This document shows positions 42,207 through 52,170 of a DNA stretch of 64,000 bases, in pieces; position 1 is the stretch's first letter; each line of letters opens with the position of its first letter. Source of the stretch: Tubulanus polymorphus (Eukaryota > Animalia > Nemertea); the NCBI RefSeq assembly GCF_964204645.1, contig NC_134027.1:26994560-27058559 (forward strand), written 5' to 3'. A program made the position numbers and the translations under genes. Below the pieces are notes generated by a model, which did no database searches, was not told where the DNA came from, and saw nothing but the letters and a program-made list of their open reading frames with translations.

Positions 42207-44309
42207 GTAAAATTATATTTTTTGATATTTCGAATGATATAAAGCAGCGTTTTATATCGAGTTCATATTCGATATAGTTGAAACGTTATGAATTATTTCA
42301 GACGAACAGATGTTTTTTTTTTTGTATATTCGAACAGTATGAAATAGTAGCGATAATTTTCACATCTGAATATTCAATATTATACGTTAGTTAAAGTGGT
42401 TTAGTCCTGATCCTGTTGCTAATTACTGACGGATTAACATCGCCTACGAATTCAATGATTTTATGATTTACTACATTGGATAAATTAGAGGTTATATGGA
42501 AAGACAGAGATCACTAAATGGGGTCAATGAGGTTTTTAAATGTATTTTAATACCTGAGTGTATTGTAGACTGGGATGCAAGTTTTTCCAGGGTAGTTTTG
42601 CATGGTAAACATAACTGAAACAGCTGTTTGAAGCCACCTGTTACTGTACCGAGCCATACCGCCAGCATACTGCTGTCAAGGGTAGATTGTTTATAAATTG
42701 TTAACCCGATATTCCCTTGAACTGGACACTTCAAAACAGCATCCGAATGATTAGACCTGGTTTAATGTGAACCCAGTAATTGATAGAAATGACCGGTATG
42801 TAAAATATGAATTTATTACACAACCCCGATTGAGGATAATTAGTTTCTGAAAGAATTTCATCTATTTCTCTCTCTTTCTCTTTCTATTCTATCCATATCT
42901 CTCTTTATTTGATTTAACAAGTAAATTCAGTAGACAGTTATTTTTGTAATCTGAGGCATTGATCTGGTGCGGAGTCTGAAAGCTTCCTCTTTGACTTATC
43001 TTAATCTCAGACATCTTGTCGACATAGCTACTCGATGAATTATATACAAATTATCACGATTAGATAAACCAATTACCTCTGTAAAAAATGCCTCATGGTT
43101 TTGATAGGCACTTGTAGTAGAAATTCCGATTCAAGTTTATAACATCAGAAATATTTCTTATTGGAATTAAACGATTGATCATTTCAACTATGCATTTCAA
43201 GTTTTTTTGAATTCCATACGTTCAATTCGCTATTTCTAGGGCAGATTTAAGTTTACCCCCTAGGGTTACCTAGCTATTGTGTTATATTTGACAAGCCACT
43301 TAACGAAGGCCTTTTGTTATCGAAAATACCTGTACATAAAGTCTTTATCCGACGAGCGATTCGGGGTCTGTCCCTGGTGTTCACAATATGCGCCTCTAAG
43401 CTCGATGAAAGATCTGTAAGTTTGTTTTCTACATGTTTTTTTAGAATGTTATTTGAATATATTTGAACTGTAGGTAATTTGTACTTAAGTGGCAGTTTGA
43501 TAAGTGATAGTGGTTTATAGGCGCTATTTTCAAACGATCAAACGGTTTTGGGTTGAATAGAATTAAATGGTCTCCTAAACTAGGATTATAGCGATATTTA
43601 CTTAGATTTTACTGGTAAAGAATTGAAGTTCGAGGAATACTTGAAGTTTAGAGGAAAACTGAAGCGCCGACACAATAGTTAATCTGGATTATAAAAGATT
43701 TATTATTAGATCTGATAATATTTGTATAAAACATTAGAACTAAGATGTTTGTTTTGAAATGAAATGTGAAAGTCCCCTCTATCTGTGTGTATGAATGGGA
43801 AGTGTAAGACGGTAGATAGGGCTATATGTGTATAAGGGGAAGGGTGGGAGGCTCTCATCGGGGTGTTAGTGAGAAGTATTGTGTAGATACCAACAATAAC
43901 CTGACATTTGGTGATGAATGCAAGATATGACACAGCGAACACCTGGCCTCCATACAACCCTATCTCTACATCCAGCTGTTACCCACGACGGTTATGGCGG
44001 CTTTTTTTAAATGTTTGATTCTAGGCGATTGATTGGCTGATCGGTGCGGGTCGTTAAATGACATATGGTATGGAGTTCTCTGTGAAAACACGTGTCAAAT
44101 ATAGTCGTCTATAGTATTATATTTAATAGAACAACAATGAATGAAGACTCGACATTATTCTAATCCACGTGCGCTACTTCGGCGTATAAACATTACTCTT
44201 AGATCGATGTCTTTGTACCAGATACAAACGATTTTATCTTTTCTGGGAACGTTGAACGTGAGAAAATATCTCGAATCCTGAATTATGAGAAAATATCTCT
44301 CAATCTGTG

Positions 44310-44422
44310 GTTCTCAGGATCCGGATCCGCAGTTCTCAGGATCCAGATCCGCAGTTCTCAGGATCCTGATCCGCAGTTCTCAGGATCCTGATCGGCAGTT
44401 CTCAGGATCCAGATCCGCAGTT
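44310..44422. repeat. 22-bp tandem repeat x5
   Basis: TTCTCAGGATCCnGATCCGCAG. Confidence 0.9.
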
Positions 44423-45710
44423 GTAAGAAAGAGATACAATCAGTTCATTTTCGATGAGTTTACACGTAACATCCATGGTAAATTCTAACCTCCGAACTGT
44501 ATAGAATTGGGTTCAGATTAATACTCTCATCGCGTTAGTAACAGCACAGGGCATCAACCGGAACTGATGACTTCACACGAATCTCATCTCTGCCACCTTT
44601 AGTGAAAAGCCATTTACACAATGAACTTTGCTGCGTTAATCAGGAAGTATTTATTATCGCAGGTGTTCCATTTGAAAGTGATTAATCCGTCTAATTACAT
44701 AGGAACTACAAATCAATTTGTCTAAGGGCTTGTATTATGTAATATTTCCCAATGGTCAGTATGGAAAATGAAAGTCATTGATACCTGTGGTTTAATTGTG
44801 GCCACCTGGGTCTATTGTAATCTTTGTCACACAGATAGCTATTGTGTTGTAGTTAGGGGTTGGGATGTAGGGGAAGGATATACAGTCTACCAGTTTATAT
44901 TCAATAGTAATAAAACAGCTGCTTATGTTTAAAAAAAGAATTACTATGATATTATCACCTGTTTGAACGTGGGACTTCTGGTAATAACTCATTCAAATAC
45001 AGCTGACTATTGAATATACTTATTGAAGTAACGGGTGCGACGAGATGCTGATGAAACCCCTAAGAGTCCGTAGATTATTCACCGATATAAAAACAAAATT
45101 CATAAATCAATACTGAAAAAACTCCTCCCGAAAAACACCTGATACTTGAAGCATTGTATAGAATTTTAAACGGTTCACAAATTGGATACAATTGTTTGTA
45201 GGTGTTGTTTTAATCCTGTAGTCTGACACCGGGCCTGTGGGTATAAAGATATCTATTGTGATGAGCGAGTGATCAGCGCACACAGAGACGTGTGTTTAAT
45301 GATACTGCGTCAGATGAGGGTTGACTGTCGCTGTAAACTGGTTGTCAAGGAAAACTTGTGACAATATAAAACTAGCAAGATTTCTTAGTTTTAACATTTG
45401 CCCTGATTCTATTAGGTTTAGCTAAGTGTAATGCCCCTGGCTACAGTTCATTGTCATTCCCTTTCGGCATTGTGGGCTACTTCCTCCGTAGATTGTGGAC
45501 ATATTGGTTCCTGCCTGGAATATTGACAATGTGAAAGACGTTGTTTGTCTTGCACAGTGAAAGGGTCGTGTATGTTAGCTGCATGGTGTCTGTCTGTCAG
45601 TGGTGGCCTGTAGCAGATAGAACAAACCAACGTTCACATCCATTTGATCCATTAGCAAAAGTGCAAGGATTACATTTAGTTTAGAACAGAAAGAATTGCT
45701 AATAATTATA

Positions 45711-45792
45711 ATGGATGATTTTGAGAATGCTTGTTTGATGCGTGACCTCTCACCCGATAGGTTTACTAGTTCTCCTATTATTCCATCAGTTT
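45711..45792 (+). CDS. Candidate most-proximal alternative first coding exon of MTG/CBFA2T
   Basis: MDDFENACLMRDLSPDRFTSSPIIPSV + T|gtaagt, 27 codons + 1 nt, phase 1, leaving a 109-nt intron to 45902. Confidence 0.5.
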
Positions 45793-45901
45793 GTAAGTTT
45801 TACGACTTGTTTTATATGATTTCACTTTTCAGATATTTAGATTTTGACCTCGTTTTTCGACACTCGCTTAATATATTATTGAATGATTCGTATTTTTACA
45901 G

Positions 45902-46039
45902 ATTGTCGTGATTCCATGATGCCCGATTCTCCCGATACTAATTCTGCTATTGTGACGTCTACGAATATATCGCCGATAACTTCCATTCCTCCTCCACCTC
46001 CTACCAGTCTTACTAGACCATTATCTACCTCATCAGCAG
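45902..46039 (+). CDS. CBFA2T1: MTG/CBFA2T first common exon (phase-1 acceptor)
   Basis: tttttacag acceptor; (x)AT TGT CGT GAT TCC ATG ATG CCC GAT TCT CCC = [11 protein letters not shown]; donor CAG|gtatgt. Confidence 0.9.
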
Positions 46040-49000
46040 GTATGTGACATTAGTTCTTCGTGCTCTCACCGGTTTAAGCGTGGCAGCACTTACTGCGGTT
46101 CATATACGGTAATCATTGATTTCGAAGGATGAAATAAAAATGTATTTATTTGAATATAGGAATGAATGGAAACCATTCTCCTCGACACTCTCCTCGTAGT
46201 ATGAACGGACGAACTCCGTCGCCACCCTCGATGGGTAACACTACATCTAGTCAACAACTTCCACCGGCGTGTGGAGCCCGTCAACTCAGTAAACTCAAAC
46301 GATTTCTAACGACGTTAATGCAGTTCGGGTCGGATATTTCCCCGGAAATCGGCGAACGAGTCCGAACGCTCGTCTTAGGTTTAGTTGTAAGTATCAATGA
46401 CTTTATCAACCGTTACGTTAAACTATTATCTTCATTCGGTGTCTTAGTGATGTTCGTGTGTTATTTCTATTTTGTAGAATTCCCATTTATCAATCGAAGA
46501 ATTCCATGCCAAATTACAAGAAGCCACTAATTTTCCTTTGAGGCCTTTTGTGATACCATTTTTGAAGGTGAGAATTGTTCATGTTCTTGATGATGTTAAT
46601 CTGTTTTCACTGAATATCTATAATAATTCTATTCACGTTCTTGATGTTGTTATTATCTATTTTTGCTGAATATCTAGAAATATTCTAACGCTGTTTTTCT
46701 GTAATTGCAGGCTAATTTACCATTGTTACAACGAGAATTGTTGCATTGCGCGCGTTTGGCAAAACAAACGCCTCAACAATACCTGGCACACAATGAACAT
46801 ATACTGTTTGAAACGACCGCGTCTCCGAACGAAGGACAAGATTTACAGGTCGATGTTAACGAAAACGGAAAACGACGAACTCCTGACGATCGGTAAGAAT
46901 CTAGCATCTGTAGTGCCGGTAACTCACACCAGATGGTGCGCCTAGACAGCTGATTTTATATAAGTGGATTCCAAAAATTATCAAACAAGCATCAAAATAT
47001 ATAAAGGGTTGCATTCCCTCTCAATGCATATCTACAAGAAGCTGATTTGATTTTCATAGAAATTTAAGAGAAATTGTGATTCGTTCACCAAGAGTAAAAT
47101 GGTGAACCTCACTCGCCACAGTAGCAATGCCGGTGACTGTTATTGAAATTGTTTTAAAATCTATATTACAGAAAAGAAGTTGATACACAGATAGACACGC
47201 TACACCCGGCGAAGCGCCACCACGCGATGAGCCCGGGAAGCAACGGAAGTCGAATCAGCCCGACGGGACCAATAAACCTGAACTACGGACCGATCCGATT
47301 GGAGGATTTATCGAGAGATCTTCGTGAGAGAGATCGATTGGAACGAGAACGATTGGAACGAGAAAGAATCGATCGATTGGAACGTGAACGACATTACAGC
47401 AATAACAGTTATTCCAGTAAGATTCATACATATCTCAAACATGTGATCCAAGGGGAGGGGGTACAGGCCAGGCTACGCAACCCCTATAAATGTTTAGAAA
47501 TTTTACGGCAAAATTAAGCTGAAAAAGTTTAAATTCATAAGCTTTTTCTCTGTATTTCCAGAAATGAGTTTTTTTTTTGCATTAGCTTTCTTTGTGGGTG
47601 CCCTTTTAAATTGCCTTATTTTGTGACTGCAGACCTCCCTGAATCAGACCCTAGATTCATTCCCCCCCTGATGATTCAAACTGATTCAACAATTTACTTA
47701 CCATGTATGAATTAATTACAGGTTACCATAGAGACACTCCGTTTGATCATATGGAAAGAATGGAAGACGAATGGAAACATGTTGACAATGTAAGTTTGTC
47801 AAAAGAAATCAATTGAACAGTCAAATGAATTAGATGAACACAAGATCATGAAATAATGAATTATTTTTTTTCTATTTTTGATAGATGTTGAATTGTATAG
47901 TGAACATGGTCGACAAAACCAAACGAGCGTTATCAGTTTTACAAGAGAGGTGTACTCGCGATAGAGAGGAACTGGCGATTTGGATGCGACGACATTCCGA
48001 TAGTATCGATCACGATTTGAAGAAACGTACTCACGGCGGCGGTGAACTGATTTCATACCGTCAAACTGAAGATCGAGTGAATGAAGTTAAAAGACGAGCA
48101 GGTATGTAGTGTATCTTAACACAGTGAAACATTGCTGAACTCGTCTTAGTTGAAACCATTGTTATATCGATGACTGATACCAGTTCGTAAATACACTTAG
48201 TAAATTGCTATAAAAATACGAATTGGGACTAGAAAAATAGAGACGACTTCAGTATTGTGAAGTCTTATACAAATGGCAATTTACGTTTAAAAATTGAAAA
48301 TTTTAAATTGAATTGGCAATATAAATTGGGACTAAAAAGATAAATATGACTTCAGTTATCGACATGGGCCTTAGAGAGTTTCGCTAATCCTATTAAACTA
48401 TTGCTATATTATATCATGTTCTACAGATTATATTTTCTCCTATACATTCAGTAATGGTTTGCTCTGGTGATATTGCAGAAGATGCAGTAAACGAAGTCAA
48501 ACGTCAAGCAGTTTCCGAACTTCAAAAAGCGGTTGCAGCTGCGGAGCAGAAAGCGAACGAACTAGTCGCGGCTGAAAAACAGAAAATGGAATGCACGATC
48601 GCTGATATCCGTAAACAAGCTCGTGAAGATATGTTATCAGCCATGAATCAACAAGAGGAATCAAGTGAGGTAAGAGAAAGTACTCGGCAGGATCTTTCTC
48701 GATTTACCCGTGCGTTACAGACTGAATATTGATTATGATGTGTTGGTATTTGTAGACATGTTGGAATTGTGGAAGAAAAGCGAGTGAGACTTGTAGCGGT
48801 TGTAACGTCGCGCGTTATTGCGGTTCGTATTGTCAACATAAAGACTGGGAAAATCACCACAGAGTGTGCGGACAACCGCAAACGACTCGCGGAGAACCGA
48901 GTTCAACAGCGCCATCTACGTCATCTACTACTACAACGTCGACTACGAAAACAATCGAAGCTTCGCCTTCGACGCCGCCCGTCGTATCTAGTCCGGTTCA

Positions 49001-49076
49001 TTCGTCATCGGGTTCTCGTGCCAGTACGCCAAACGAAGTTACGACGAAAATTCCAGAAACCAGTGTCGTGCACTAG
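45902..49076 (+). CDS. CBFA2T1: MTG8/ETO family co-repressor (CBFA2T1/2/3 pro-orthologue, nervy), common coding exons
   Basis: GT-AG exons 45902-46039, 46160-46386, 46478-46567, 46711-46892, 47172-47416, 47722-47789, 47885-48101, 48479-48669, 48756-49076 join in one frame (1679 nt plus 1 nt from a phase-1 first exon). Translation contains [82 protein letters not shown] (NHR1/TAFH), [26 protein letters not shown] (NHR2), [17 protein letters not shown] (NHR3) and [37 protein letters not shown] (MYND), near-identical to human RUNX1T1 as I recall it. Confidence 0.97.
46160..46892 (+). CDS. CBFA2T1: MTG/CBFA2T NHR1 (TAFH) exons 46160-46386, 46478-46567, 46711-46892
   Basis: ORFs 46150 and 46705 plus an intervening 90-nt exon [30 protein letters not shown]; canonical splice sites. 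Confidence 0.97.
47172..48101 (+). CDS. CBFA2T1: MTG/CBFA2T linker and NHR2 exons 47172-47416, 47722-47789, 47885-48101
   Basis: [11 protein letters not shown], Arg/Glu-rich tract, then EDEWKHVDN|[23 protein letters not shown]; phases 2/1/0/1 are compatible. Confidence 0.93.
48479..49076 (+). CDS. CBFA2T1: MTG/CBFA2T NHR3 exon 48479-48669 and MYND/terminal exon 48756-49076
   Basis: [19 protein letters not shown]...QQEESSE|[16 protein letters not shown]...HHRVCGQ, Ser/Thr-rich tail, TAG at 49074-49076. Confidence 0.96.
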
Positions 49077-51350
49077 ATTCACATTCGCGTCATCCAAGAC
49101 TATTCACAAATCTTAAAAAATTAGTCATTTCTTTAAAACCTTCTTCTCAATCAGCTATGAATTGCGCTACTTGGAGGCGAGCTCTACGAGATGTAAGGTC
49201 ACTGATAGGACAGTGTCGATATCTAATTGTGATCTTTTTGTTGATTCTGCTGTAGTGTTTGTGTTTATATCATCGAGTGTTCGCCGTAAATCGCCGTGAA
49301 TGATTTATGAAGGCTGCAGGAAGGAGACAGGAACGAGCAACGACACAAAGCTCTCTAGAATATAACATTTCTGTGCAATATCTCATTTTAGAACTGTAAA
49401 AAACAACAGCGACGATTGCTGTTAACAGTTCGAGCACGAATAGAATTCATCGATTACAATGAATTTACTGTAATTAATGTATAACTAACTATCAGTGAAT
49501 GTATAAGAAACAGGGTGAGATAGATAGAAATCTATGGAGAGAAAGTATTCATAGATCCTTCAATAGAATGAATATCTATGTTTTTGTTTTATCAGGGGCA
49601 GCATTTCTTAAAGTCTGTACATAAATGCTTCATCACGTGGTGTTTGGTTCGCCCTTAAATATAGAGTATTCGCGTACGTTCGGAAATCTCTTTCATATTT
49701 CTAGCCGCTCTATTTCTCTTCGAAGGTGTGTTGTTTTAAAGATTTATTTTTCTAATTTTATATATCCATGTATATCATCACGACGAGATAATGCACTTTG
49801 AAAGAAAGTATAATTGTTGTTGTTATTGTTATTTTTGGTGCATAAATTTCTGTGAAGTTCTACCAAACATCGCAGACATGAAGGGAATGAGAACGACTAG
49901 AGAACCACGTAGTCGTCAAATCAATATCTCAAGTCAAATCTTAACCGATCTTGATGTTAGATTAGCCATGGAATATGTGAGCATTGACCAGGGTTCCATC
50001 ATGGACTCTATATTGATAATTCCATGGACATATTTTTGGAATTGAGATAAGTGATGTTTTTGCATAGATTCTAAGCTGGATGAAACAGATCTGAAATTTC
50101 CGTCGCATAGATAGAATTATTTTAATGAGTTGTAAATGATTGTAGACTGTTTGACAGTTTTAACCCGATTGAATCAAATTTTAATCAATTGAATACAATT
50201 AGAAAAACAACAAATCTCAAATCAGAATACAGTTGCTGCTTTAAAAAACGATAAAGCATTTAATTTATTGAAGTAATTAATAGTGTAATTATGAATTGGG
50301 TAAGATTGTTTATGAATGAAGGTGTGAATGTTTGGAAATGTGTAGTTTGTGTTGTGTATAAATTCTTTTGGTGCTTTTAACATATAGAGATGGTGATCTC
50401 TCTCTCTCTCTCTTTCTCATACAAATCAATCATAATTAAATTCTATGTGTAATTGAATAGTTACGTCATGTATCATGTTTATTCATTGTATCGGCTACAG
50501 ATAGATCTATAAAAATTTGCTATAAAATAAGAACCAAGATAGAATTAACCCTTTCAGTGCGTCTACACCGCAATGCGGTGTATAAATCAGTGATAGATTT
50601 TGCTAGTACACCGCACTGCGGTGTATTAATGTAATTAGTAATTATCTCTCTTGAGAAATGGCAGCACCTGTCAAACATAGTGAAATACAACTAGCTAACG
50701 ATACACTGCGCTGCGGTGTATTGATGTAATTAGTATTTAATTTATATCTCTCTTGAAAGATGGCAGCACCTATCAAACATAGTGAAATATTAGTAACTAA
50801 CGATACACTGCGCCGCACTGTAGACGCACTATAGTGGTATTCCCGTTATTCAACACATTAGGGTGGAATTTTTCAAAATTTTCAAATTATCTCCAGCACT
50901 ATAGGGTATTGATTAGTCAGCACTGAAAGGGTTAAGAAATTGATGAAGTTTATATTCGATAAGTGAATATCATGTGCTAAGGTGAATAGACATTATACGT
51001 GACAGACAATAGTGTCACCTGTGAATCATTGTAAATACATTATGGAATAAAGTGTAAAGAATTATTATCAAAAAGAATAACCTGAAATAATGGCAGTCCG
51101 AAGCAGAAGTTGAAGCATTGATTCGTATAATTCCATGACAATTAGAGTCAGTTTTACTTGGTGTGTAAATAGAAGTCTCAAGTCTGTATCTAAATTTCAA
51201 TGCTTACGAAGGTTTTTATGTATAATTACTGATGACTGTTAGTGGTAATTGCTGTACATTTGTTTTAGGCTGTACAAAGTCTGTATGTTTAACTCTTGTC
51301 TGTATATGTAATGGTGATATTTTCAATATAAAAAGTGACTATAAATTTAA
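49077..51350 (+). other. Probable long 3' UTR of MTG/CBFA2T
   Basis: AU-rich, TGTA-rich sequence after the stop codon; AATAAA near 51046 and AATATA near 51325; the 3' end is uncertain. Confidence 0.5.
50549..50931. mobile_element. piggyBac-like MITE in MTG 3' region
   Basis: TTAA-CCCTTTCAGTGC...GCACTGAAAGGG-TTAA; internal duplication of about 105 bp and TACACCGCAnTGCGGTGTA palindromes. Confidence 0.88.
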
Positions 51351-51999
51351 AACATATGTGTTATGATTTGATTGCGCTGTCAATGAGGAAGGCTGTATCA
51401 CTTGCAAGTAGTTGGTCTCTGAAAGCTGGGAGTAGGGACATCTGGCCGTAGTTTTTTTTACCGGGGGGGGGGGGGGGGCTGAAGGGCCGAAATACTGTGA
51501 AGTAGGGGTTAAAATTGCTTGTCAGCTGGTGCTTCCCCTACATATTACATTAGCGGCGACCAGGTGAACTACCTCAACATAGACTGGTTACCGGTCTCTA
51601 TCTTCAATCATAGACTGGTACCGGTCTCTATCTTCAATTAGATATACATGTATTCAATATATATGAATATATATTCAATATATCTATATTCAACCATATT
51701 GAATGGGACAGGCAACCAGTCTATACCGTGGCAATCTCGAATCCCTCCCTGGGGGAGGATGGGCAAAAATCCTTCACCTTTCAACTTCAAGTGAAGAGCT
51801 CTTGGTGATTTCAGCGTCTAAATCCAACAAACGATACATCAATGAAGCACAACATCTTATATTTTGTTCATAACCAGATTCATCAAATGAACGTATTCTG
51901 AGCTTAGGAGAGCAAAATTTGCAGGTCAGGGCCGCTGGCAGGGTCGAGCTATGGGTGATTTACTGTTAGGGTCGGGTCGGGATCATGGGTGATTTACTG

Positions 52000-52170
52000 C
52001 TGAATAGAGGATGTACAGGGGTGTCCCGGGTTTGAAAGCCAGTAATTACTGACACTGATTCAGAGTGGTCCTGATGTTGAATAGGGGATGTACAGGGGTG
52101 TCCCGGGTTCGAACCCAGTAATTACTGATAATGATTCAGAGTGGTCCAGACGCTGAATAAAGGATGTACC
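52000..52170 (+). repeat. About 77-bp tandem duplication with a B-box-like motif (SINE-head relic?)
   Basis: TGAATAGrGGATGTACAGGGGTGTCCCGGGTTyGAA...GATTCAGAGTGGTCC, two copies plus a partial third. Confidence 0.7.

Noticed and set aside
43767-43830. GAAAGTCCCC resembling RNase MRP conserved region I
   Set aside because: No matching GGGGCT region V at a plausible distance and no other conserved elements.
48670-48755. Intron read-through giving a MYND-less MTG isoform
   Set aside because: Only a short run to a stop codon, which is expected by chance; nothing in the sequence supports retention.
48769-49116. 115-aa basic ORF overlapping the MYND exon
   Set aside because: Shadow frame of the Ser/Thr-rich real exon.
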